NCBI GenBank assembly: GCA_020137815.1
Contig: CM035356.1
Span: 4,154,001 to 4,218,000, forward strand
Length of the DNA stretch: 64,000 nt
DNA from: Hormiphora californensis
Taxonomy: Eukaryota; Animalia; Ctenophora
Direction: 5' to 3'
Each line of letters begins with the position of its first letter. Position 1 is the stretch's first letter. The position numbers and the translations under genes are program-made. The notes below the pieces were generated by a model. It searched no databases. It saw nothing but the letters and a program-made list of their open reading frames with translations, and had not been told where the DNA came from. This document shows, in pieces, positions 24,331 through 35,561 of this stretch.

Positions 24331-27300
24331 TTACGAATTTGGAATGTTATTCCAGAGATAATCTTTGAGCTTGGCCACAAAGGCATCATGAGAATCTAGG
24401 CATCGTAGGTCATGCGGAAGGTTATTCCATTTCACATGGATACGGTAAAAATAACTATGCTTAAAAGCGTCAATATTAGGGTTATGTGTGCAAATGATGT
24501 CTGTTTGGTCCCGGTTTGTCTGTTGTCTAGTTGTACGCCTGTCGTGTCTGTCAGGGATGTATTTGTGAAGGAACATTGGAAGTTTTAGGGATGAAGATCC
24601 GTAGAATATCTTATGAAACAGTTTTAAGTCATTATAAAGGAACCTTTCGGTAATAGGAAGAATCTTTCTTTGTTTAAGTTTACTGACATACGTTTTCCAA
24701 TCATAGCTGAGCTCCATTTCATTATTTATCCATTTTAATGCACGTTTTTGGAGCTTTTCGAACTTTTCAATACTAGAGGCTGAAACTGGTCGCCATATCT
24801 GGCTGCAGTGTTCAAACAACGAACTAACAAGACTGACATAAAGTGTTCTCCTCTTTAGAGGGGAATCAACCAGAGCACTAGTTCTCTTGACTAGGCCTAA
24901 CCTCTGAGACGTTTTAGAAATTATCATGTTTTGGTGTTCTAGAGGCGATAATTTTCTATTGGTGATCACCCCCAGGTCAGTTTCATTTGTACATTGTTGA
25001 ATCTCACTACTTCCTAAGTAATATTTTAGGTTAACAGGCTTATGCTTCAAGGTACATCTAAGAAGTTTACATTTATTAGGGTGGAACTTCATTTTATTTT
25101 TCACACTCCACTCAATCAATCTATCAATATCAGGCTGGAGACTATCATTTTCATTCTTAATCGTCCTCCAGATTTTTAGATCATCTGCATATAGCTTTAT
25201 ATTGGTTTCTCCTTCATCCCCGATGGCCTCAACTATATCATTTATAAATAGAACAAAAAGGAATGGGCCGAGGATGGATCCTTGAGGGACTCCACTCTTA
25301 ACATTAGACCATTCCGAGAATTCACCATCTAATGTTACTCTCTGTCGACGTCCAGATAAGTACGCTTTAAGAAATTGCAACATTTTACCGTTTATGTTAT
25401 ACTGGACTTTAAGTTTTTCAAGTATGACATCGTGTGATACGCTGTCAAAAGCCTTTTGAAAATCAAAATATATAATATCTGTTTGCAAGTGTTGGTTTAA
25501 ATTTATTGCTAGCTCACAGTTAAACTCGATCAGTTGGGTCGTACATGACTTCAGTGGTACGAACCCATGCTGATGAGGTGTAACTTTCTCCAGACAAGCC
25601 CTATACAGGCGCTCTCTAACCAACTTTTCGAAGACCTTCATAATTAGACACGTAAGAGAAATCGGTCTATAATTCTCTACATTAGACTTATCTCCTTTTT
25701 TGTGGACTGGCACAACATTTGCATTTTTCCACTCAGTTGGAATAGACCCTTCATCAAAAACTTTGTTAAAAATTAATACTAGTGGATATGCCAATGATTT
25801 GTGACATTTTTTCAAAACTATACCGTCTATATTATCTGGGCCAGTGGCCTTGGATGCATCTAATTTTCTTAATATATCTACAACTTCATCAAAGTGAAAA
25901 GTTTCGTTGTTAAAATCATTATCATGGTTTCTATCAAAATCAATTGGTGTGCTATACGTACTGGCTTGTGTGAACTGTTTACAAAAAAAATCATTAAACA
26001 TTTTGCATTTTTGTTGACTACTTTTTTCAGAGTTATCCTCGTAATGAACTATATCAGGGACTCTAGTGCTGCTAGTTTTTGATTTCACATGTTTAAAAAA
26101 CTTTTTGGAAATTGCAGCTGTAGAGGCAGACTCATCAATGGAGGAGAGTTCTAGAAAGTGTGTTTCTTTCTCCCTTGACGCTTTTCTGTACTCTGCCTCC
26201 ATACAAGTAAATACATTTTTTAGGGAAACATCATTTGGAAACTTCAGAGAAGCTTTTCTAGAATTATCCATTGACCTTTTTAACTGTCTCGACTCATCAT
26301 CGTACCAGGGTGGTTGAGATCCTATTTTTACATTAACTAATGGTACATGGTGTCTTAGGGTAATATCTAATTTTGATTTAAATTTCTGAAGAGATTGTTC
26401 GGCCCTGAGGTGTTTGAATTCCTTAGTCCAGTCATACCGAATCAGTCCCTCATTAATCGCATCCCAATCAGCTTTCTTGTAAGAAAACTTTTTAGCCGTC
26501 TTAAACTTGGGTCTTATCTTTTTGATTTGCACCTCACATTTAATAGTGAAGTGGTCAGATTTGACTAAACAATTTTCTTCTACCGATACATTGGAAAAAC
26601 ACGAACTATTATTTGTGAGAATTAGATCTAATACATTTCCATCCCTGTGTGTTGGTGCGTTTATTAACGAACTCATACCCAGAGATGTAAAAAGGTGAGC
26701 AAAGCCTTCGTGTATACTATTGCTCGATACTGGGTCATCCCAATCTTTAACCGAGCTTAGATTGAGATCCCCGATGATTGCTAGGTTTTTATATTTTCTA
26801 GATAGGCGTGTGTAGTACCGCTCAGTTTCTTCAAGACAATCTGACCCCGAGTAGTCATACCTGTAGAATGTTGAGATACATATCGGGGTCAGGTTTTTTG
26901 ACTTGAGCAGTATGGTGACAATAGGCAGATTTACCTTGTCCTTTACCTGATCAACTTCAATACCCATGTTATTCTTACATAGAATCATAACTCCTCCCCC
27001 ACCCTTTTTATCATACATTTCCATGTCCCTTTTAGTTCTATCTTTTCTGTATATTGTATAGAACTGATCGGACACTAATTCACCATCATTGACATGCTTG
27101 TTCAACCACGTTTCATTTAATACTACAATTTCTGGCTCATAAGTAAACAAGTATGCTCGGAGATCAGAGAGTTTAGATACTTGAAACTGGGGCTGATCAC
27201 CACTAATTGATTGCATATTTATGAGACCATTAACGTTGCAGTACACCACACTAATTTTTGTTTTTGGTTCAGTAGGCCCAGGATTTACAATACTGGGCTG

Positions 27301-27723
27301 GTGGATAACAATAAGTGCTTTTGCTAGACTCGAAAGAAAGATTAATAGTACGACTAGTCGACACCTAACTATGATTTTGGAACAGGTGTTCCCTATTTTC
27401 CCCATACTTTTGAATATCACCAGGGTTAACACACAATTAGCATACCAAATGTAATGCTGGTTGATACTCTTACCGACTTCTTCTCGGCCTGTTTCCATAC
27501 ATAGTTCTCTACAGGACAGAGAGTAAGTACATCTGGACATAGAGCCTAAAAGAATAAGTATTAGTATACTGTAACTTAGGTAGAGAATCAAATGAAATGG
27601 TGATATTGATGATGTTTGTCTGTACTGTCGGTCAAGGGTTTTGTTAGTAAACATTTTTCTTTTTCCACCCCTCCCCCCTGCAAACCTCCCAATAGTTTGT
27701 CTGTACTGTTCAGCACTTATCAT
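24331..27723 (-). CDS. LINE ORF2: APE endonuclease plus reverse transcriptase, open frame
   Basis: CNVNGL, LNETWL, GDLN, LDLILTN, SDH (APE); NYRPISL, QHGF, DFQKAFD, GVPQGS, YADD (RT). Likely start MISAEQYRQTIGRF at 27723; frame open to 27795. Confidence 0.95.
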   Translation of the reverse strand: MISAEQYRQTIGRFAGGRGGKRKMFTNKTLDRQYRQTSSISPFHLILYLSYSILILILLGSMSRCTYSLSCRELCMETGREEVGKSINQHYIWYANCVLTLVIFKSMGKIGNTCSKIIVRCRLVVLLIFLSSLAKALIVIHQPSIVNPGPTEPKTKISVVYCNVNGLINMQSISGDQPQFQVSKLSDLRAYLFTYEPEIVVLNETWLNKHVNDGELVSDQFYTIYRKDRTKRDMEMYDKKGGGGVMILCKNNMGIEVDQVKDKVNLPIVTILLKSKNLTPICISTFYRYDYSGSDCLEETERYYTRLSRKYKNLAIIGDLNLSSVKDWDDPVSSNSIHEGFAHLFTSLGMSSLINAPTHRDGNVLDLILTNNSSCFSNVSVEENCLVKSDHFTIKCEVQIKKIRPKFKTAKKFSYKKADWDAINEGLIRYDWTKEFKHLRAEQSLQKFKSKLDITLRHHVPLVNVKIGSQPPWYDDESRQLKRSMDNSRKASLKFPNDVSLKNVFTCMEAEYRKASREKETHFLELSSIDESASTAAISKKFFKHVKSKTSSTRVPDIVHYEDNSEKSSQQKCKMFNDFFCKQFTQASTYSTPIDFDRNHDNDFNNETFHFDEVVDILRKLDASKATGPDNIDGIVLKKCHKSLAYPLVLIFNKVFDEGSIPTEWKNANVVPVHKKGDKSNVENYRPISLTCLIMKVFEKLVRERLYRACLEKVTPHQHGFVPLKSCTTQLIEFNCELAINLNQHLQTDIIYFDFQKAFDSVSHDVILEKLKVQYNINGKMLQFLKAYLSGRRQRVTLDGEFSEWSNVKSGVPQGSILGPFLFVLFINDIVEAIGDEGETNIKLYADDLKIWRTIKNENDSLQPDIDRLIEWSVKNKMKFHPNKCKLLRCTLKHKPVNLKYYLGSSEIQQCTNETDLGVITNRKLSPLEHQNMIISKTSQRLGLVKRTSALVDSPLKRRTLYVSLVSSLFEHCSQIWRPVSASSIEKFEKLQKRALKWINNEMELSYDWKTYVSKLKQRKILPITERFLYNDLKLFHKIFYGSSSLKLPMFLHKYIPDRHDRRTTRQQTNRDQTDIICTHNPNIDAFKHSYFYRIHVKWNNLPHDLRCLDSHDAFVAKLKDYLWNNIPNS

Positions 27724-27841
27724 TGTGGGGGTTTTGGATTTTGGTTTCGGCACTAAGGGTTCACGGAGGGTCTGTTGGTTGGGGTAATAAAACAACTTCT
27801 CCCCCCAAACATATATATTATCAATGCAGCAAAATCAGCAA

Positions 27842-28698
27842 TCAGCGTAAAACTTCGTTATAAATCAGGTCAGTTAAGACCGAGTAACCATATTTATTCA
27901 AATGCACACCATCCCTACAATAAAGTGATGAGTTGAAAAACAAATCACGCGTTAGGAAATCAGCCATCCAACTCACAAAACTGCAATTCATGAGTTGGGA
28001 CACACAATTTACAATTTTGTTGTACATGGTAACATTAGAGACCGTATATGAGAAGTCTCCTCTCAGGGGAAGGACATGTGTAATCACTATCTCCGGGTCC
28101 CCATACAACCGTCTAATCTGCCTCACTAGGTGGCATAGTGCCCCTTGGAGTCGGTTCTTCGTTGCGCTGTTCTCACAGAAGTTCTTATCAAACCTAATAT
28201 CGTTCGTACCATAGCAGATAACAACCTTCTCAAAGTGTGCCTCAGGGTGGCTCTGGTGGTACCTGGACAGCTCTTCAAACGCTGTAGTACCCTTCCATTT
28301 CGAATGGGGCTTCACAATCCTTGCACCCGACACAGAGATATTCTCAAGCCCCCGGATCTCAGGTACCCATTTGGACAGGCTCGTGCCCAAGAGCAGAGTA
28401 GTGGGGCTCCTAGGGTTGACGGCATGTCTCAAAGAAGGGACCACTCCAGAAGGGGTAGGAAGTAGGGGTGGTCTAACGGAGGGTACCGGCACGTTCGCCA
28501 CTGGGGGAGGAGGAGGAGGATCCGGTTGGTAACCATCCCCATTAGGAGGAGGAGGGGAATGCTGGACTCCTATTGTTGCCCTCGATGGTGGGGAGGGCAG
28601 TCTCCGTGGGCTAGGTGGTGGTGGTGGTGGTACCAGATCTGTTGAGGGGAGCTGTGGGGTTGCTCTTCTGAAGGACAGAGCATACCGCTTCTCAGTAG
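27842..28698 (-). CDS. LINE ORF1 remnant: Pro-rich linker plus SGNH/GDSL esterase domain (now in frame with the CRE RT)
   Basis: LLLGTSL (block I), SVSGARI (II), CYGTNDI (III), DGVHLN (V). Confidence 0.85.
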
Positions 28699-31619
28699 AC
28701 TGTTTCAGTGTGTTCTGAAATTCTCTACCAAGTCCGCCTGATGTTGACATGACAAGCGGAGTGAACACCGCCTTCTCAACCTGGAGAACTCGTTGCAGAT
28801 AAGCTTTCTTCTTCTCAGTTTCATGCTTCTCATAGGTCTTCTGTATACTCTGGTTGGCATTAGACTTTACCCTTGGATTAAAAATCCTTACGTCAAAATA
28901 GGTACAGTCTAAGCTTGACCAGAGTCCACGGGTTCTGATGTCAAGACGAGCCCCGTCTGCTGTGATGGTCCCAGCTGGAAGGGACGTCCCCCGAACGTTG
29001 AGAAGGTGAGGTTCGACCTTGGTATCGAGGCCGACAGTGCTAAGCTCTTTCGCAATAAAGTCTCTCACGTTGTCGTGCCTGAAGTTAACAAATCCTCCAA
29101 GCTTGCAGGAGATAGCATGATCGATACTGTTAGCTTCTCCGCATGTACACTGATCTGGTAGAGGTTCGCCAACAAGGGGGAGATTGTACCTAGCCGAGAT
29201 AGCGTCGAACCATTCCTGTCGGTTTAGAGTGAAGTTAAGAGATTCTAGTGGGAGACAAGTTAGCCAGGAGGATGCACCCTTTTCGGCCAGGAGATCGAGG
29301 GTCCTCTTCTCTTCTGGTGTCGATTTTGATTTAATTTGATCGATTGCCGTCTGATGTTGTTCGTTTTTCGTTCGACGCACAATGAGTTTGTTCTCTGAGT
29401 TTTTGACATCATCTGCAGTAAACGTATCTTCCTGGTTCAGCACAGCTGCAGACAGATTTTCAGTCATGAGTTTGGAGAAATAGTACTCGCTATCCGATGT
29501 AGCGACGGGGTTTTGAATCCCGAGTCCTCCAAATCTCGCTGGAAGAGAGAAAACTGATCGAAGTCTCTCGTTGATAACAGGTTGTCCAGTCATAGAAGGG
29601 ATGAGTTGCTGCAGAATTGAATCCTCAATCGGGCCCAACTGATCAGAAATGCCTGGAGTCGTTCTCATAAGATACGACCACCGTTTAGATACTCCCATGG
29701 TGTAGGCTGTATAAGCAAGCTGAGGCTCACTGTTTGCAATCTCCGCAAGTGATGTTATTTCTGCAACCCACTTATCTACCTCTTTCTGAACAAACTTGTC
29801 CTGACCTTCCTTAGTTCCGATATACGATCCCAGGTAACGTTGCCCTTCGGTGGTAATGTTAACATCAGGGAAAAGGGCTTTTGCCTCGTCCTCCAGGTGA
29901 GGTTTAACAATCAACCAAGATTTTCCTGGATTGGGTAGGTAGCCGTATTCAGGTCCCTTCAGTTTGATTTTATCCCACCACTGATTTACAGAAGCCAAAG
30001 TCCCTCCGCCCAGGCCATCATCGGCATAAAATATCTGGGTAACCTGTTCAATGTCCTTCAATGAAATTACAAGGGGCATAAGGCAGCTGGCGTACATAAA
30101 CATGGCCGCAGTATCACCCTGGGTCGTCCCTTCAGCAGATTTAATAATTTCATGATTAGTTCCATCGCATAGGAATAAGTTAGATGTTAAACCATATGTA
30201 TTTTTTAAATAATGCTCAAACTCAGGGCAAACTGTATTTAATATTATTTAGAGCAGCATTTCGATTTAAGGAATTAAAAGCATTACTTGCATCAATTAAT
30301 AGCACACACTCACATTTCCCGGATTCAAACAGTTCTCTCGCTGCATGCACGGCAGCCTCTACTCCGCTCTCCAGCCCAGCACATAGCTGTATCGGGGCGG
30401 TAGATTCAACAATATTAGGTTTCAGTGAGCGGGTAATCACCTTGCCGACTAGCCGGCGTAAGACTTCACCAATCCCGATTGGGCGGATTCCAGATGGTTT
30501 TTTGCTCAGAGGGACAAGTCTAGATGCAACGTATGCCGAAAGGTGAAGAGGATTAACTACTTCCGTAGCTAATTTGATAGCGAAAGTTGATATGGCCTGT
30601 GCTAGTTCGTTTGAGGCGGGGCTGAGTTTTTTGGACAGGAGCATATGTTTCCAGAGATCAGAGTCCGCTCCTGACGGGCCGCCTGAACCAGTTAGAGTTT
30701 TAGCAGCTTTGAGAACTGAATTTGCCGATATATGAGAGAATGTACAATCAATTTTGGGGAAAACTGGGCCCTCCAACAGTGACGATGAGGCTGCTGGTGC
30801 AGGATGTTTTTTGATCAACTCTGTAACAACTTCTGGTGTAACAGGAACTGGAGCAACATCGCTATCACGGATTGCACGTAGAGCCTGTCCTACCTTGCCA
30901 TGTAGCATTAATCTAGTGAAGGCCTTGAGGACATTTCGAGCCTTGCCTTCCCTACTAGGCAATCTGCTCTGAATTACACGTCCTTCACGGAGTAGAGATT
31001 GAAAATCTCCGGTGCGAAATAATTCGAGTCGTCGTTCAATAGCTATAACATGGTCCCTTGTTTTACTGGTAGCGGATGGTTTTTGAAGTACTAGCGGGAA
31101 AAGTAGCATCAGAAGCATGATTGCAATTGTACTGTTCTGGCTGTTTTTATTGAAAGAGTTCAGAACATTAGCCACTTCATGCACAAAGTCCTTCCCAGTT
31201 TTCCCGGATGGTACCTGGCACAAATTTGCTCTCCAGAATACAACCTCGTGATACGCTTCGCTCACCTCACGGTGGTGCTCTGATTCGTACTGTTGTTCTG
31301 GATCGGTGTGATCGATGGGTAGAGATGTAGATGTTGAGGCGATGTTTTCCTCTAGCAAGGCAAGTAACTGTGGTTTCAATAGGTTTGTTCTGTAGGGAAT
31401 ACCACGTTTTCGGAGCTCCTGCTTGATCTCATCCTTCTTCATCTCAAATTAATTTCTTCATCTCAAATTAATTTCTTCATCTCAAATTAAATGAGGTGAA
31501 ATGAAAAAAATAGGGTGCGCGGCGCTATTTTCTATTTGCGCGGCGCTATATTTTGATTTGCGCGTTGCAAAACGCGCAGCGCGCTGCATTTTTTTGAAAA
31601 AAATCCCAGCGCTGAGTTG

Positions 31620-34085
31620 TGATTTCGTTGTCAATCAGCTGAAACTTAAACACCCTGAGCCGGCTGATTCAACTTACTTCCTTCATGGCCCTGTGCTGCC
31701 CACCAACGACGTGATATTCTCCAGTATTACCCCTGAATCAGTGCTCCGTGCTGCCAAACACCTTACGGGATCAGGTGGTCCGTCTGGAGCTGACGCTGGA
31801 CTCTGGAAACACATTCTGCTGTGCAAGAAGTTCAAACCCAAATCGTATGACCTAGCACGGGCGATTGCGACCCTTGCAACCAAACTGGCAACTGAAAAAA
31901 CTGATCCCATGTACCTTGAAGCATTCGTTGCTAGCAGACTGATTCCCTTATCGAAAAAGCCAGCAGGTATCAGGCCGATCGGTGTGGGTGAAGTGATTCG
32001 AAGGCTTGTGGGGAAAGTTGTTGTAACGGTCCTAAAACCTGACATTATAGAGGCAACAGCCCCAATACAACTGTGTGGGGGACTGAAGAGTGGTGTTGAA
32101 GCTGCAGTGCATGCTTTAAGAGAAAAATTTAATGATGATAAATGTGAATGTATACTGTTAATTGACGCGTCCAATGCCTTTAATTCTTTAAACCGAAAGA
32201 TTGCTCTAAGCAATATTGATTATTTATGTCGTGATTTTAGCATGTATTTATCTAACACTTACGGCTTGCCAGCCAAACTATTCATATCTGATGGAAATTC
32301 ACATGACACCCTACTATCAAAAGAAGGAACAACACAGGGTGATACCACTGCCATGCCCATGTATGCATGTGGCCTTATGCCATTAGCTAATTCTCTCCGT
32401 AACATTGAAAATTCATTAGATGATGAACTCTTTCAGATCCTCTATGCAGATGATGCAGGTGGCGGAGGCACTCTAGCCATTATCGAGAAGTGGTGGAGCA
32501 AGGTGAAAGAGAGGGGTCCAGGCTTTGGATACTACCCTGAGCCTTCGAAAAGTTGGCTGATTGTGAAAGAAGACAAGGAGGAAAGAGCCAAGGAACTGTT
32601 TCCAGATGTCAACATAACAACTGTTGGTCACCGTTACCTGGGTTCCTTCATTGGGAGCGAGGATGGTATGAAGGAGTGGGTGAAGAATGAAGTGAAGACT
32701 TGGGTCGAGGAGATAGAACAACTGAGCGACATTGCCCGCAACGAACCCCAACTAGCCTATTCAGCCTACACAATCGGGTTGAGTAAGAAGTGGAACTACT
32801 TGCTGCGGACAACACCAGGGATCGCTACAGAACTAGAGCCCATCGAGAAGGCAATCAGAGAGAAATTCCTCCCAGCTATCACAGGACAACCATTCATTCC
32901 TGATACGCTACGATCCATAATGGCACTTCCTACGAGAATGGGAGGGCTGGGTGTCGAAAACCCCTGTCACATGGCTGACCTGGAGTACCAGAACTCGCTG
33001 AAAGCGACAGAAGAACTTCAGAAGGCTATCCAGAAACAAGACGTAGAATACATACCGAATCCTGAGACTGAGAAAGCCATAGCCCTCAGCATCAAAACTG
33101 GCAAAGCTAATTACCACAAGGAATGCAGGGAAAAAATCGTTCAGTCAATCAAGCCAAGAGAGGCGAGGAACCTTGATCTACTCAGCGAGAAAGGGGCATC
33201 AACATGGCTCACTTGTCTACCCCTAGAGTCATTGAAGCTCACACTCAATCGCCAGGAGTTCTTTGATTCAATCTCAGCACGATACGATCTCCCACTAGTG
33301 GGACAGCCGAGAGCAACACAGTGCGTTTGTGGAGAGGAAAACAGCATCGATCACTCCATGTCATGCAAACGCGGGGGATTTGTTGCGGTCAGACACGATT
33401 GCGTTCGAGACTTTCTAACTGCGGAGCTGGACAAAGTGTGCTACGACACTAAGGCTGAACCCCACCTACTGGAAGTTAGAGGAGCAAAACTACCACCTGG
33501 GACCATTACAGAGGATGGAGCTCGCCTTGACATTCGAACGAGGGGATTCTGGGGACCAATGGACTGCACCTATTTTGACGTAAGGGTTTTTAACCCAAGG
33601 GCACAGTCTAATGAGACTCAGGATATCCCTCAAACGTATATCAAGCACGAGGAAGGGAAGAAGAAGAACTATCTACATCGCATTCTCGAGGTGGAAAAAG
33701 CTTCTTTTACTCCCCTCGTTATGTCAACGACCGGTGGACTTGGTCAAGAGTTCAGCAGAACTCTGAAGCAACTCGCAACCAAGAAATCACGGAAAACTGG
33801 CTATACCTACCAGGAGTGTATTCGATACCTCCGTGTTCGTCTATCATTTTCAATGGTTCGCTCCATAACTTGTTCTATTCGGGGTTACAGAGGAAAGAAC
33901 AAGAATGATGGCTCTTCATCAGATCTGTACCATACATACTAGTCTTTAACTGTTGCATGTATTTTATGTGATTTTCTTCGTGTAGCCAGTCAGGCAAAAA
34001 CAATTTATATATACTATTATTGACATTGTTAGGCCAGATGCATGTGGCTTCTTTTATTTTCCTCGATTTTTTTCTTTTTTTTTCA
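31620..34085 (+). mobile_element. CRE-clade non-LTR retrotransposon B, 5'-truncated; uninterrupted RT-RLE frame to 33942
   Basis: Collinear paralog of element A from VVNQLKLKHP onward, with the same RT/CCHC/RLE motifs. 3' UTR has an AGGCC..TGGC hairpin, CCTCG and a T-rich tail like element A. No TSD found. Confidence 0.9.
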
Positions 34086-34104
34086 TCACAAACTCGTGGA
34101 AACT

Positions 34105-34376
34105 AGGGATCCCTAAAAAAGTTCAGTATTTACACAGAGTTTACACAGTCTTTACACAGTCATTACACCCAGAGCGGCGCGTGCTGCTTTTTGCGGCTTT
34201 TTCTAAGAAAATATTGGATTGTGTGCTGCACAATTGAGTAAATTGAGCGCTGCGGCGAAAAAAGTTTGCGAAAGACGCAGTCTTTACACCCAGAGCGGCG
34301 CGGGCGCTCTGGGTGTAACGACTGTGTAAAGACTGTGTAAACTCTGTGTAAATACTGAACTTTTTTAGGGATCCCT
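34105..34376. mobile_element. MITE with about 70-bp TIRs containing TTTACACAG subrepeats
   Basis: AGGGATCCCTAAAAAAGTTCAGTATTTACACAGAG... and its reverse complement ending at 34376. Confidence 0.75.
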
Positions 34377-34516
34377 CTCCATGCTGCAGACTGCAGGACT
34401 AAAATGCTTGCCCTACAATCATTGAAACGTTTTAAATGCCAAATTTATCATGAAACGTCCCCCCACCAAAAGTCTAGTTGGCGCCTCGTCTTTGGAATGG
34501 GATTTACGGTCTTTTG

Positions 34517-34820
34517 CAGGGGTGTAGGAACTATTTTTAAAGTGAGGGGGCGAAGTCACGTGACCAATTACAGCGCTGGACAGCGCCCAAGAAAACTTTT
34601 TGTGAGCAAGATTTAGTCACCTATTCCATTGTATTTACCATGCATCGGGCGGAGCGAGAGCGGAGCCCGAGAAAATTTTTAGGGTTTTGAGCCAAAAAGT
34701 CATGATTTCGTCATTTGGGAGTGAGTATTGACTGTTGGTGACAGAAGTGAGGGGACGAACCTGGCTAAAAGCGGGGGGGGGGGGGCGCCCCTCGCCCCCC
34801 CCCCTGTTCCTACACCCCTG
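34517..34820. mobile_element. hAT-type MITE with 8-bp TSD
   Basis: TIR CAGGGGTGTAGGAAC / GTTCCTACACCCCTG; TSD GTCTTTTG at 34509-34516 and 34821-34828. Confidence 0.9.
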
Positions 34821-35315
34821 GTCTTTTGACACTTTGCGATTTGCCGATCTAGCACTTTTTGGAATTCTGGAGCACGAACCGGCCAGGTTTCCGTAATGCT
34901 CAGGAAAGTCATCGAGTGGTCTTAGCGTCTACCATATCTCTTAACACCTCAAGTTTCCAAGCGGATGAACAAAAAACTTCCAACATTTAGGAGGTGAACA
35001 GTGAAACTCTGAAGTATGGGGCCAGGGGCGCATTCCTAAATTATAATATCGTCAGACTGTCTGCACCACTAGACGATGGCTTCTTCTTCTTCTAGAATTA
35101 ATTGCCACAGAATTATTCCCAATTCTTTTTTATCATATTTGATATTTTTATCTCGCTGGTTCAAAATAGTTGCCACTTAACTACAGAGTACATGCCAAAT
35201 TCCTTTTCCAAATCTGTTAATGAGAAGCTTTTTCTTTCTGTTTACTGTAAATCTTATCTCTGTACAACTGACAAATAATAATGATGATACATTTACAAGT
35301 AGCTCGATAAAACAG

Positions 35316-35561
35316 ATGATAAGATGCGACGGATTATCATGCAAAAGGGTACCAACGGACTTGGTTTCTCGGTCCAAGGAGGGGGAGATCAGCCCCTGCT
35401 GGTTTCCAGAGTAGAGGCGGGCGGGGGTGCCGTGGGCTTACTGACAGTGGGAACAGAACTGATTGCTGTAAATGGCATCTCTCTTACTGGGTTGCCACAT
35501 TTTGCTGCTGTTGAGATTCTGAGGAGAACTTTCTCACCCGCCATATTGTCTGTACGGAAAG
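35316..35561 (+). CDS. PDZ-domain exon
   Basis: KGTNGLGFSVQGG...VSRVEAGGGA...LTVGTELIAVNGISL...HFAAVEILR; CAG acceptor and GTAAAT donor. Confidence 0.8.

Larger units (their letters stand above)
23893..28698 (-). mobile_element. CR1/L2-group LINE, 5'-truncated in ORF1, inserted into CRE element A
   Basis: ACTG duplicated at 23889-23892 and 28699-28702. 3' tail (CAAAT)2. ORF1 remnant (SGNH) followed by intact ORF2. Confidence 0.9.
23624..31488 (-). mobile_element. CRE-clade (RLE-type) non-LTR retrotransposon A, about 3.06 kb once the nested LINE is removed; 13-bp TSD
   Basis: ORF pieces 31442-30222, about 30230-28699 and 23892-23713 reconstruct about 970 aa: SAP-like N-terminus, IRPIGIGE, IDASNAFN, GTTQGD, YADD, CxC..H..C knuckle, RHD/RLDI/FDV/EK RLE, ...SIRGYRG. 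AAATGAGGTGAAA flanks at 23611-23623 and 31489-31501. One +1 shift near 30232. Confidence 0.9.

Noticed and set aside
27842-30103. A natural novel RT-esterase gene family
   Set aside because: Explained by a nested LINE insertion: the displaced CRE C-terminus and a 4-bp duplication are both visible.
31614-31623. GAGTTGTGAT at the 5' edge of CRE B nearly matches the reverse complement of ATCACAAACTC after its 3' tail
   Set aside because: Short, imperfect and inverted, so not a TSD; could be chance.
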